A DNA stretch of 32,000 bases from Acaryochloris thomasi RCC1774 (lineage in GTDB: Bacteria > Cyanobacteriota > Cyanobacteriia > Thermosynechococcales > Thermosynechococcaceae), in NCBI RefSeq assembly GCF_003231495.1, contig NZ_PQWO01000002.1:120001-152000 (forward strand), read 5' to 3'. A program made the translations under genes and the position numbers. The notes under the pieces were generated by a model. The model made no database searches and was not told the DNA's origin. It worked only from the letters and a program-made list of their open reading frames with translations. This document shows, piece by piece, positions 1-9,337 of this stretch. Every line of letters starts with the position of its first letter. Within the stretch, counting starts at the first letter, position 1.

Positions 1-2
1 CC

Positions 3-2087
3 GTCGAAAGAATCGAACATCCTGTGCTCCGGGGATTGCTGGAGCTGATCTCGGCCTCTGAGCAAAATATTCTTGTGCGGGAAGTCGAGGTGGCTGGCAA
101 CGTCTATGAGCAGTCTATTCACTACATCTCTGAGAGTGATCTGGTCCGCTGCTGTGTTTTTGATATCACTGAGCGCAAGCATGCTGAAGCTGAACTGATA
201 AAGCGAGATCGCCTCCTGCAGAGCGTTGCCCAAGCAACTACGCACCTGCTTGAGAGCACGGGGTACGACCTCGCGATTTTTAAAGCCCTAGAAATCTTAG
301 GGAAAGCAGCAGGAGTCGATCGCATCAGCATCTGCGAAAACCATCCGCTGGCGCAGACCCATGAAGTCGTGACCAGCATGCGCTTTGAATGGACCCGCGA
401 TTCTATTGAATCCATTCGTCACAAAACCCACCGCCAAGGTCTGTCCTATCGCAATCCGACCCTTGCCCAGTGGCATCAAACTTTCCAAGCCGCTGATGCT
501 GTGTGTAGTCTCACCCAAGAACTCCCTGATGCTGAACGAACCCTGCTGTTGAGAGATGGCATTCTTTCGATTTTAGTCGTGCCTATCTTTATCAATGGTG
601 CGCTTTGGGGCTTCATTGAGCTTGATAACTGCACTGTTGAATATCGCTGGTCTCCGCAGGAAGAATCGGTGGTGTTCGCAATGGCGGCCAGCATTAGTGC
701 GGCGCTACAGCGTCAAGATAAAGAAGAAATTATTCGCCACCAAGCCTTCCATGATGCCCTCACTGATTTACCCAATCGAGTTCTGTTTAACGATCGTCTC
801 AAGCTAGCGCTGGCGGGTGCCCAGCGAACCAAGCAAGACATTGCCGTCATGTTCTTAGACCTGGATCGCTTCAAGGTTATCAACGACAGCCTCGGCCACT
901 CCGTGGGTGATGAACTGCTGCTAGAGGTGGCGAATCGGCTGCGAGCTTGTCTGAGAGAGGGGGATACCGTTGCTCGTTGGGGCGGGGATGAGTTTACGCT
1001 GCTGCTGCCGCAGGCCCAATCGATTGATGATATTACGTTGACGGCCTACCGTATCTTAGAATCTCTCAAGCTCCCCTTTGTGATTCGTGAGCATGAGCTG
1101 CACGTGACGGCGAGTATCGGGATTTCGGTCTCTGCTGGCGCAAGCGATAGTGCAGAGACCCTAATGCAAAGTGCTGATGTCGCGCTCTACCGCAGTAAAG
1201 AGCACGGTCGGGGTACCTACCAGCTTTACAGTCCGGCCATGAATTCTAAGGCTCCAGACTTACTGGCCCTAGAGAATGGACTACGCTACGCCATTGAGCG
1301 TGATGAGCTGCTGCTGTGCTATCAGCCCAAAATCAATATTCAGACCGGAGCCATCATGGGCCTTGAAGCTTTGATTCGGTGGCAGCATCCAGAGCGGGGC
1401 TTGGTCTCACCAGCCACTTTTATCCCTCTTGCTGAAGAAACGGGCCTGATTATCGAGATTGGTGAGTGGGTTCTTCGCACGGCCTGTCAACAAACCGTGG
1501 AGTGGCATCGTCAGGGACTGCAGCCGCTTTCTGTCGCCGTCAACCTCTCGGCTCGGCAGTTTTTCCAGCCCAACTTGCCCGAGATTGTGGCCCAAGTCTT
1601 GCTGCAAACTCAGCTCGATCCCCAGTCTCTGGAGCTAGAAATCACTGAGACAACGGCGGTGAAAAATATGGACTTCACCAAGTCGGTTTTGGCTCAGCTC
1701 AAGGATCTTGGGGTCCATATTGCTATGGATGATTTTGGCACCGGCTACTCGTCCCTCAACTATCTCAAGGAGCTACCTTTCAATACCCTGAAAATTGACC
1801 AGTCTTTCATCCGCGATCTAAAGCCTAAATCTAAGGATGTTGAAATTATTAATGCCGTTCTGGGTCTGGGGCGAGGCCTGAAGCTAGATATTGTGGCAGA
1901 AGGAGTTGATAGCGAAGAGCAGCTCACAGTGCTGCAGTCGCTAGAGTGTGAGATTGTACAGGGCTATTTGTTTAGCCGCCCGCTTCCGGCAGATGAGATC
2001 ACGAAGCAGTTAGAGGCCAATTGGCTCGATCGCAAAAATCGCAATCTTATCAACCGCCGGTTCAAAACTTCACCCTCCGCAAGCTAA
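3..2087 (+). CDS. Sensor-GGDEF-EAL signalling protein (diguanylate cyclase / c-di-GMP phosphodiesterase), 5'-truncated by the window edge
   Basis: The frame is open from nt 3 with no stop before the GTG at 24, so the gene continues upstream. The translation contains the GGDEF motif (RWGGDEFTLLL) and the EAL motif (GLEALIRW). It also carries the EAL-domain signatures DDFGTGYSSL and QGYLFSRP, and a PAS/GAF-like N-terminal sensory part. Confidence 0.9.
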   Translation, partial: VERIEHPVLRGLLELISASEQNILVREVEVAGNVYEQSIHYISESDLVRCCVFDITERKHAEAELIKRDRLLQSVAQATTHLLESTGYDLAIFKALEILGKAAGVDRISICENHPLAQTHEVVTSMRFEWTRDSIESIRHKTHRQGLSYRNPTLAQWHQTFQAADAVCSLTQELPDAERTLLLRDGILSILVVPIFINGALWGFIELDNCTVEYRWSPQEESVVFAMAASISAALQRQDKEEIIRHQAFHDALTDLPNRVLFNDRLKLALAGAQRTKQDIAVMFLDLDRFKVINDSLGHSVGDELLLEVANRLRACLREGDTVARWGGDEFTLLLPQAQSIDDITLTAYRILESLKLPFVIREHELHVTASIGISVSAGASDSAETLMQSADVALYRSKEHGRGTYQLYSPAMNSKAPDLLALENGLRYAIERDELLLCYQPKINIQTGAIMGLEALIRWQHPERGLVSPATFIPLAEETGLIIEIGEWVLRTACQQTVEWHRQGLQPLSVAVNLSARQFFQPNLPEIVAQVLLQTQLDPQSLELEITETTAVKNMDFTKSVLAQLKDLGVHIAMDDFGTGYSSLNYLKELPFNTLKIDQSFIRDLKPKSKDVEIINAVLGLGRGLKLDIVAEGVDSEEQLTVLQSLECEIVQGYLFSRPLPADEITKQLEANWLDRKNRNLINRRFKTSPSAS

Positions 2088-2796
2088 AGAGTTCCCCCGC
2101 AGTTGTTTTTGTGATTTTACCGCCCGCACTTTTAATCAGTTGTTGCCAAGCCTCCAGCGGCTCTAGCAGTACTTCCGAACCCAGATAGGTTTCTAAAATA
2201 GCCCAGTTTTCGGCCAGGGGACTGTCGGGGATTAAAACATCAAAAATGAAGGTGCCTTGGGGTTTGAGGACTCGCTTTACTTCTGCGATCGCAACTTCCC
2301 AATAGTCCAGCGGATAGTAGCAGCTAAACCCGGTGGTAACGACACCATCAAACTGGTTCTCCTTATATCGAAGATGATGCGCCGGTCCCCGCTCTACGCC
2401 CCGAAACAGCTTGGAATTGAGCTGGGGGCCGCGCTGATTCACGGCTTCCTGCACCACGGGGCTAAGTTCCTGTCCGTAGAAAAACGCATCCCAATCGCGC
2501 CAGGGGTAGACCAAAAAACTAAGGCCGCAGCCGATATCGAGCCAGTGTTCCCCTTTCTTGGGCTTAGCAATTTCCCAGAAGGGCGACGCGATCCGAGCCT
2601 GTAGGCGTCCGGTTGCCCAATCTTGAAAGACAGGCATGGCTTCGACTTCAGGGGGAAGCTCCACTGCATCTTGGTGATACTCGCGATCATAGCGATCGGT
2701 GACGGCCTGAAGCTGAGTCTGCCATTGGTCAGGAGCCAGACTGAACCAGTCTGACTTCTCAGATGCGTCTGGCTGCTGGCGGCTTTTTTTAGCCAT
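2062..2796 (-). CDS. Class I SAM-dependent methyltransferase
   Basis: 244-aa ORF with a motif I-like LDIGCGLSF and a Rossmann-type layout. Its 3' end overlaps the convergent GGDEF-EAL gene by 26 nt. Confidence 0.7.
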   Translation of the reverse strand: MAKKSRQQPDASEKSDWFSLAPDQWQTQLQAVTDRYDREYHQDAVELPPEVEAMPVFQDWATGRLQARIASPFWEIAKPKKGEHWLDIGCGLSFLVYPWRDWDAFFYGQELSPVVQEAVNQRGPQLNSKLFRGVERGPAHHLRYKENQFDGVVTTGFSCYYPLDYWEVAIAEVKRVLKPQGTFIFDVLIPDSPLAENWAILETYLGSEVLLEPLEAWQQLIKSAGGKITKTTAGELFSLRRVKF

Positions 2797-2834
2797 GCTC
2801 TACCCGATATTGGTGCATTAGATTTGCTGGTTCA

Positions 2835-3017
2835 TTAGCTTTTGAGGGCTTTCATGAAGTTTTGCCGATAGGATTTGCTGCTGGGCAGCATAATCGGCCA
2901 CAGCAGCGTCAGTACTGCCCGGTTTTGGCTAAAGTTAGTGCGGTTGAAACCTGACCAAAACTTCCAGCCTCCACCGACATAAATCACGATTAGGAGAAAT
3001 CCAACTAAACCTGGCAT
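2835..3017 (-). CDS. Small hydrophobic membrane protein (hypothetical)
   Basis: 60-aa ORF with an N-terminal TM segment (GLVGFLLIVIYVGGGW). It lies 38 nt upstream of the methyltransferase on the same strand. No family recognised. Confidence 0.4.
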   Translation of the reverse strand: MPGLVGFLLIVIYVGGGWKFWSGFNRTNFSQNRAVLTLLWPIMLPSSKSYRQNFMKALKS

Positions 3018-3367
3018 CAGTCCAGTGACTCCGATTACAGAATTCTACGCAGCTTAATTCTAAGCTATGGCCTCTGTCGTTGCTCTGGAATCTTTATATC
3101 CCTTTATTAAGACTGCTTCTACGTCTTACGTTGACCGATCCGCTTATTGGAGAATCTTATCCTTTTAAGAGCTGAACTTGCTGTCTTTCAAGGGATGTTC
3201 GCTGGAAGCTCCAATCCTACTCAGTAAATACCCAGACAACACCTAGGGACCACTCAGCAGACTTGCAATTTCCATCAAGGAATCGATCATCTTAGACTCA
3301 TCTCTCCTCGATATATTCAAATTCATCGGCCCAGTTCACAACCATTTCCTTGAGAAGGGATAACGCC

Positions 3368-3805
3368 ATGAATCAGTCTTTCGTTACCGCCTTAGCTTTA
3401 GTCAGTGCCTTAGCTGTTTCTTTCCCGGTCAGGGCGGAGCAGCCTGCTCAGGTCCGACAGCTTATAGAAACAAATATCTGTGCAGGCTGCGACTTATCGG
3501 GAGCTGATTTAAGTCAAGCTCATCTGATTGGAGCAGATCTCAGAAATGCCAATCTTCGAGATGCCAACCTTGTAGAGGCCAATCTCGAAGGTGCAGACCT
3601 AACCGGTGCGAACTTACAAGGCGCTGATTTGACCCAGTCGTTTTTGACGAATGCCGTTCTCACGAAGGTCAACCTCGATAGTGTCAATCTGACGCAGGCT
3701 CGTCGTGACAGCATTATTACTGAAGAAGAAACCTCCACACCGAGTGCCGGTCTGGCAGGCATTGAAGGTCAAGAATTGAAGGCCGAACGCATATCTCTCT
3801 ATTAA
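3368..3805 (+). CDS. Secreted pentapeptide-repeat protein
   Basis: The ATG at 3368 gives a signal peptide ([23 protein letters not shown]). It is followed by tandem A(D/N)LxG/A pentapeptide repeats ([48 protein letters not shown]). The track start at 3350 is a TTG. Confidence 0.85.
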   Translation: MNQSFVTALALVSALAVSFPVRAEQPAQVRQLIETNICAGCDLSGADLSQAHLIGADLRNANLRDANLVEANLEGADLTGANLQGADLTQSFLTNAVLTKVNLDSVNLTQARRDSIITEEETSTPSAGLAGIEGQELKAERISLY

Positions 3806-3823
3806 TCCATTGATGAGTTTTAT

Positions 3824-4051
3824 GTGGGAGATTCTGCAAGCCCTGTTAACCATCCTCAATTTTTTGGAAGGCTCATGATGAAACCTACCTATTCTGAAAT
3901 TGGTCCAGATATTAAAGAACAAGCTGGAGGTCTGCCTCTATCTATAACGCCTGAGATGCCTCAGCCAGCTCTATCTGCCTTTGATCAGCTCAACTATGTC
4001 TATGGAGCCATCGCGGCTAACTGTTTTCTGGAGCTAGAGGCGCTTCGCTAG
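3824..4051 (+). CDS. Hypothetical small protein (weak call)
   Basis: 75-aa ORF starting at GTG. An internal ATGATG at 3875 preceded by GGAAGG is a plausible alternative start. No recognisable family. Confidence 0.25.
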   Translation: MGDSASPVNHPQFFGRLMMKPTYSEIGPDIKEQAGGLPLSITPEMPQPALSAFDQLNYVYGAIAANCFLELEALR

Positions 4052-4164
4052 TTTCTCCCTTGCAGTGATTCCCGGTACTCACAGTCCAAAATCAAAATGG
4101 GCATCTGTTGAGCCATCCCGGAGCCTGCGATAGAGTCGTAAGCAGTATCCTTACCTACTCCTTC

Positions 4165-6810
4165 ATGAGCGACGCTGCCAAATCTGATTCCCCGCCCCTC
4201 AGAGAAGGGAAAAATCCGGCCCATCATCGGGAACGCTCCCAGATTAACCGCGATGATCTCTCGCCGATGATGCGGCACTACGTCGATCTCAAAGATGAGT
4301 ATCCCCACACGCTGCTGCTCTATCGGATGGGTGATTTCTATGAAACGTTTTTAGACGATGCGGTCACCATTGCCCAAGCCCTAGAGCTAGTTCTGACCAG
4401 TCGCTTGTCAGGAAATAACGTCGGTCGAGTGGCGATGGCGGGTATTCCGCATCATCAGCTCGAACGCTACTGCCGGATGTTGGTGGGGAAAGGCTACGCT
4501 GTTGCCATCTGCGATCAGATGGAGGATCCGGCACAGGCCCAAGGGCTTGTCAAACGCGAAGTTACACGGGTGATTACGCCTGGAACAGTGCTCGATGAGG
4601 GGATGCTTTCGGCGCGTAGTAATAACTTTCTCGCCGCCTTTGTGCTGGCGGGCAACAACTGGGGGATGGCCTATGCCGATATCTCAACAGGGGAATTTCT
4701 GACGACGCAGCACTCAGATCGCGATCAGCTCGCCCAAGAGCTTCTGCGCCTGCAGCCCTCTGAAGTGCTGTTTCCCACCGATGCCCCTGACATCCAGCGA
4801 CTGCTGCGCCCTGGTGAAACCTCAGAGTATCTGCCGGAGGGTATCCCCAATCAGTTCTGCTTTACGATGCGGACCCAGTCGTCCTTTACGCTGCCGGAGG
4901 CCAAACAGCGCATTCAGCAAGTGTTCGGCGTCCGGTCTTTAGAGGGAATGGGCTGTGAGCATCTGCCTCTGGCGATCCGGGCTGCGGGGGGGCTGCTGGT
5001 CTATTTGGAAGAAACTCAAAAAGAAAACCACATTCCGCTTCAGCCGTTGTGTACCTATATTCTGAGCGAATATATGGTTCTCGACCATCAATCGCGGCGC
5101 AACCTAGAAATCACGAGAACCTCTCGGGATGGAACGTTTCATGGATCTCTACTTTGGGCGCTAGATCAAACTCGCACGGCAATGGGGGGACGCGCCCTGA
5201 AGCGCTGGCTGCTGCAGCCACTGCTGAACTCTGAGCAGATTCAAGCGCGGCAGGAGACAATTTCAGAGTTGAGCCAGAATACGGCTTTCCGGGGTGATCT
5301 GCAGTCTTTACTGCAGCAGATCTATGATTTAGAGCGTCTGGCTGGGCGGGCCGGTTCTGGGACGGCGAATGCCCGTGATCTGGTTGCTTTGGCTGAATCG
5401 CTGGATCGCTTGACCGATCTGGCGAATTTAGTAGCGGATGGCAAGTCTGAGCATTTACAGGCGGTACAGATGGTACCGTCTACGCTTGAGAAGCTAGGAG
5501 TGAGGTTGCGATCGCATCTCCACCAAACCCCTCCCATCAGCCTCACTGAAGGCAACCTGATCCGCGACGGCGTCAATGCTGATTTAGATCGCCTACGACA
5601 GCAGGCCGTCAGCGACCAGCAGTGGATTGCCAACCTAGAAAAAGATGAGCGAGAACGCACCGGCATCCCCACGCTCAAGGTGGGCTTCAATAAAGCTTTT
5701 GGCTACTATATCGGCATCAGTCGCGCCAAATCAGCCCAAGCGCCCGACGACTACATTCGCAAGCAAACCCTCACTAATGAAGAGCGCTACATCACCCCCG
5801 AACTGAAGGAACGGGAAGCCCGGATTTTTAACGCTCAAACCGAGCAGTTTCAGCTTGAATACGACATCTTTGTTGATTTGCGGAGCGAAGTCGGCGAATG
5901 GGCCGGATTAATCCGCACCGTAGCGGCAAACGTTGCCGCTGTTGATGTACTGGCGGGGCTGGCTGAAGTGGCGATCTATCAGGGCTACTGTCGCCCCAAG
6001 ATGGCCGAAGGCCGTGAGATCAGCCTTGTGGACGGGCGTCATCCCGTTGTAGAGAAGTCTCTGCCACCGGGTTTCTTCGTCCCTAATGCTGCGCAGTTAG
6101 GAACCCCCGGTATTTCGCCTGACTTGATTATTTTGACGGGGCCGAACGCGAGCGGCAAGAGTTGTTATCTGCGGCAGGTGGGTTTAATTCAGCTGATGGC
6201 GCAGGTCGGAAGCTTTGTGCCGGCGCAGTCTGCGGGGTTGGGGATTTGCGATCGCATCTTCACCCGCGTCGGAGCTGTAGACGATCTGGCGACAGGCCAA
6301 TCCACCTTCATGGTGGAAATGAACGAAACCGCCAATATTTTGAACCATGCCACCGAGCGATCTCTGGTGCTGCTAGATGAAATTGGCAGGGGCACTGCCA
6401 CCTTTGATGGCCTCTCTATTGCCTGGTCCGTTGCTGAATACCTCGCCATCGAGATTCGCGCTCGGACGATCTTTGCCACCCACTACCACGAACTCAATGA
6501 GCTAGCGACCTTGGTAGAGAATGTGGCGAACTATCAGGTGCTTGTCAAAGAGCTACCGGACCAAATTATCTTCTTACATCAGGTCCATCCGGGTGGAGCC
6601 AGTCGCTCTTACGGTATTGAAGCCGGACGCTTGGCTGGTCTACCGCCTTCTGTAATTAAGCGAGCCAAGCAAGTGATGACGCAAATTGAAAAGCACAGCA
6701 AAATTGCGGTGGGGCTACGAAAGGGGAGTCCCCATGCTAAACCTCCCGTTAATTCTGGATCTAAAACTGTCCCTGCAGAAGAATCGCAGCAGTTTGAGTT
6801 GCCATTCTAA
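4165..6810 (+). CDS. mutS: DNA mismatch repair protein MutS
   Basis: Walker [14 protein letters not shown], the STFMVEMNE motif, Walker [10 protein letters not shown] and FATHYHEL, with an N-terminal mismatch-binding region ([28 protein letters not shown]). The ATG at 4165 is preferred over the non-ATG track start at 4108. Confidence 0.95.
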   Translation: MSDAAKSDSPPLREGKNPAHHRERSQINRDDLSPMMRHYVDLKDEYPHTLLLYRMGDFYETFLDDAVTIAQALELVLTSRLSGNNVGRVAMAGIPHHQLERYCRMLVGKGYAVAICDQMEDPAQAQGLVKREVTRVITPGTVLDEGMLSARSNNFLAAFVLAGNNWGMAYADISTGEFLTTQHSDRDQLAQELLRLQPSEVLFPTDAPDIQRLLRPGETSEYLPEGIPNQFCFTMRTQSSFTLPEAKQRIQQVFGVRSLEGMGCEHLPLAIRAAGGLLVYLEETQKENHIPLQPLCTYILSEYMVLDHQSRRNLEITRTSRDGTFHGSLLWALDQTRTAMGGRALKRWLLQPLLNSEQIQARQETISELSQNTAFRGDLQSLLQQIYDLERLAGRAGSGTANARDLVALAESLDRLTDLANLVADGKSEHLQAVQMVPSTLEKLGVRLRSHLHQTPPISLTEGNLIRDGVNADLDRLRQQAVSDQQWIANLEKDERERTGIPTLKVGFNKAFGYYIGISRAKSAQAPDDYIRKQTLTNEERYITPELKEREARIFNAQTEQFQLEYDIFVDLRSEVGEWAGLIRTVAANVAAVDVLAGLAEVAIYQGYCRPKMAEGREISLVDGRHPVVEKSLPPGFFVPNAAQLGTPGISPDLIILTGPNASGKSCYLRQVGLIQLMAQVGSFVPAQSAGLGICDRIFTRVGAVDDLATGQSTFMVEMNETANILNHATERSLVLLDEIGRGTATFDGLSIAWSVAEYLAIEIRARTIFATHYHELNELATLVENVANYQVLVKELPDQIIFLHQVHPGGASRSYGIEAGRLAGLPPSVIKRAKQVMTQIEKHSKIAVGLRKGSPHAKPPVNSGSKTVPAEESQQFELPF

Positions 6811-6897
6811 ACTAAGAGGCCATAATGCAGGCTGTCCTGAAAGAGAGGCTTCAATTTGACTTGAAAATTAAGTGAGGGAGACGTTGCGATCGCAGCA

Positions 6898-7602
6898 TTA
6901 CAACTCCGGCTCAATTCCAGCAGCTCGCAATTGTGCAGCCAATCGCTCAGCACGACCTGACACCTCAGCCACGCGTTCTTCTCCCCACAGCAGCATCTCA
7001 CCCTGATCATCCCACCAACGCAGCCACCGACCTTCTCTGTTATTAAGACAGCCTTGCCAAGGCCCAAGAAAGAGCGCCATAGTCTCGATCCAATGTCGCC
7101 CTTCAGCATCGGGTTTGTGAATCTGATAGCGTCCTGTTTGATCGATCTGATATACCTCTAGCTCACCCGTTTCTAGAGAAAAGAGGGCATAATAGGGCAC
7201 TTTTAAAATCTGCTCGTAAAAGAACCACTTGCCGGGTGGATAAGTTGGCTTAGTGGAGTATTCGCCTCCATCTGTTTCAGAAAGAAACTCCATCACAATA
7301 GATGGCAGATCCCCTTGCAGATGAGGGGTATAGCTGCGGTCTATCTCTATTCGAGACACCTTAGTAGAAGGGACAAAGGCCCAGTCGGGCGCCTTGATCA
7401 CCATCTTGCCGTTTAGCGTGGCACAAATGCCGTAGTTAGTTGTGGTGAGGGCCGTCTTAGGGAGTCTCCCGGCAAGGCTAAGGCTTTCAGTCAGGGCTGC
7501 TGCCAAGGCCGGCTGATTGATATTGTCCACAGGATCATCTTCTAAAACGTAGTCGTCAGGTAGTTTTTCCCACGTAATGTTGAGAGGGGCAGTTGCAATC
7601 AT
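6898..7602 (-). CDS. Uma2 family (DUF820) PD-(D/E)xK-like putative endonuclease
   Basis: Family-typical motifs are APDWAFVP, VMEFLSE and KWFFYEQILKVPYYALFSLETGELEVYQ. This family is abundant in cyanobacteria. The ATG at 7602 (MIATAPL) is more plausible than the track start at 7665. Confidence 0.7.
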   Translation of the reverse strand: MIATAPLNITWEKLPDDYVLEDDPVDNINQPALAAALTESLSLAGRLPKTALTTTNYGICATLNGKMVIKAPDWAFVPSTKVSRIEIDRSYTPHLQGDLPSIVMEFLSETDGGEYSTKPTYPPGKWFFYEQILKVPYYALFSLETGELEVYQIDQTGRYQIHKPDAEGRHWIETMALFLGPWQGCLNNREGRWLRWWDDQGEMLLWGEERVAEVSGRAERLAAQLRAAGIEPEL

Positions 7603-7700
7603 GATTCTGATGGCGCTTGTTCGACGATTAGACGAGGCTTGTACCCCCAATCTAGCACCTAGCAATGGTGGACGCTTTATTCTATTCGTTATTGAACAAG

Positions 7701-7729
7701 AAAAAACCTAGCTGTTAATAACAGCTAGG
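7701..7729 (-). terminator. Rho-independent terminator downstream of hspA
   Basis: A 10-bp perfect stem (cctagctgtt / aacagctagg) around a 3-nt loop. On the minus strand it is followed by TTTTTT (the A-run at 7701-7706 on plus). It lies about 60 nt past the hspA stop. Confidence 0.8.
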
Positions 7730-7786
7730 CACAAGAGAAACTTACTTAATCATTCAATAACGCAGGATATCAGCGAAGCGAAATGT

Positions 7787-8227
7787 TTATGCCGTGGTAG
7801 ATGCGATCTCAACTTTAACGACTTTGTTTTTTTCAGCCTCTGCCTTAGGGAGCGTTAGGTGAACAATCCCGTCCTTATATTCAGCCTTGACCTGAGTATT
7901 ATCCACCCGTGCAGGGAGCGGAACGACGCGCTGAAACTTACCGTAATTGAACTCAGAACGAATTTTACCTTGGGTCTCAGAACTGGTCTCAGATTTGCGC
8001 TCGCCACTGATTGAGACCGCTTTCTCGGTGACTTGAATATCTAAATCATTGATATCGATCCCCGGTGCTTCAAGATTGAGATAGACCGCTTCTTCATCCT
8101 GTGAAAATTCAGCCGCAGGGACAGAGAATCCACGTAGGCTCGGAGAAATATCCTGATCAAAAAGGCGATTTAAGCGACGCTCTATAGTATCGATCTCTTG
8201 CCAAGGGGTCCAGTGAACTAAAGTCAT
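7787..8227 (-). CDS. hspA: Small heat-shock protein, Hsp20/alpha-crystallin family
   Basis: Alpha-crystallin domain (AVYLNLEAPGIDINDLDIQVTEKAVSISGERK ... GKFQRVVPLPARVDNTQVKAEYKDGIVHLTLPK). The ATG at 8227 is preceded by GGAGG with good spacing. The track start at 8284 is likely too far upstream. Confidence 0.9.
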   Translation of the reverse strand: MTLVHWTPWQEIDTIERRLNRLFDQDISPSLRGFSVPAAEFSQDEEAVYLNLEAPGIDINDLDIQVTEKAVSISGERKSETSSETQGKIRSEFNYGKFQRVVPLPARVDNTQVKAEYKDGIVHLTLPKAEAEKNKVVKVEIASTTA

Positions 8228-8484
8228 TTGCTTGCCTCCAATTGCGTTGTTCGAGTGTATAAACTCAACTCGATTTGCTTGCATGTTTCAATGGTAGGCA
8301 CTCTGTTTGAAATTGCCGATACGGTTTCTATCCCTGAATAGATAGGGGTTACCGCAGCCCGTTTCACCGTACGAAGAATGATGGTTTGAGAACTGAAGAA
8401 ACTGTTCGGTTTCCTCTATCTTGGCTTGCTAGAAAAAGCTTACGACAATCTACTCAGCCGATTGTGCTGCGACTCTAAAGTAAG

Positions 8485-8658
8485 GATTGGATAGGGAGCA
8501 TCCCCCTTTCTCACTTGGCCCTCATCCCCCATCCTTTTCTCCCGATCGTGGCAGAAAGAGGGCAAGATAAAAGCATTCAAAGTCCCTCGCCCAGAATTGG
8601 GAGAGGAATTTAGGGTGAGGGTCGTGCAATACTTTAGCGAGATGCTCCCGATTGGATA
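8485..8658. mobile_element. MITE-like non-autonomous element with terminal inverted repeats and flanking direct repeats
   Basis: The exact 9-bp direct repeat gattggata occurs at 8485-8493 and 8650-8658. It brackets the exact 9-bp inverted termini gggagcatc (8494-8502) and gatgctccc (8641-8649). The interior has a second imperfect inverted repeat of about 28 bp (ccctcatcccccatccttttctcccgat versus the reverse complement of attgggagaggaatttagggtgaggg). It contains no credible ORF. Confidence 0.55.
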
Positions 8659-8788
8659 TTCTCTTCCGATTTTGCTGAATAGTAGTGCTAAAACAAAGCG
8701 CTAAACGGGATATCCCATTTAGCGCTCTGGTTATTGAATGTGTTTTATCTGCCATACGAGCATCAGCCCTGTGTCTGCCAATCAGGGC

Positions 8789-9124
8789 CTACTGATCTGC
8801 TAGAACCGCCAGCTTTGCAACCCACATATCTTCGACATTTGAGTAGAAGTCAATGTCTAGAACCTTGTAGGTTATAGATTCAGAAACATCGTGGATCTTA
8901 ATCTGGTCATCTTTTTTGACCCCTGGTTTTTGAGAAATCATTTGGATTTCTTTAGGGCCTTCGGTGCTTTCTTCTATACTAAAATCCAGTCCGGCGTTAG
9001 AAGATTGATAGTGGTGGGTTTTATTCTTTTGAAGCCAACCCTGCAATAGCTCAGAGATCTTAGGCGACCGTTGCTTTTGCTTCGGTAGTACGCTGGTTTG
9101 ATTGAACTCGGCAGAGATACTCAT
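8789..9124 (-). CDS. Hypothetical protein (orphan-looking)
   Basis: 111-aa ORF whose ATG is preceded by GGGGGAAG. The composition looks AT-richer than neighbouring genes. No recognisable domain. Confidence 0.45.
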   Translation of the reverse strand: MSISAEFNQTSVLPKQKQRSPKISELLQGWLQKNKTHHYQSSNAGLDFSIEESTEGPKEIQMISQKPGVKKDDQIKIHDVSESITYKVLDIDFYSNVEDMWVAKLAVLADQ

Positions 9125-9337
9125 TAAACTTCCCCCGTGGACTCAGTGATACTTATTATTAGCGTAATCGTTGATAATTTCCTCTACCTAAATATATAAA
9201 AAGTAGAGAGAAGATCTGGTGAAGTCTGCTCTCTGACTGGATTTTTGCTGTTTAAGTGAAGTATTTGCGGTATAAACAAGCGCAGCGATTATTCGTGCGC
9301 CTCAACCGTTATTTTCTTGCTGATCCCTGGTGATTTA

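Noticed and set aside
6807-7109. 100-aa minus-strand ORF overlapping the Uma2 gene's 3' end and the mutS stop
   Set aside because: It is out of frame with, and largely inside, the well-supported Uma2 ORF, with no independent support.
8228-8284. hsp17-type RNA thermometer masking the hspA Shine-Dalgarno sequence
   Set aside because: I could not find an anti-SD (CCUCC or UCUCC-like) partner for the GGAGG in the leader. Only the unexplained 10-nt direct repeat is reported.
8522-8755. 77-aa minus-strand track ORF
   Set aside because: It runs through the MITE-like inverted-repeat element. The translation (PLSQFWARD, RSGEKDGG) is typical of repeat-derived pseudo-ORFs.
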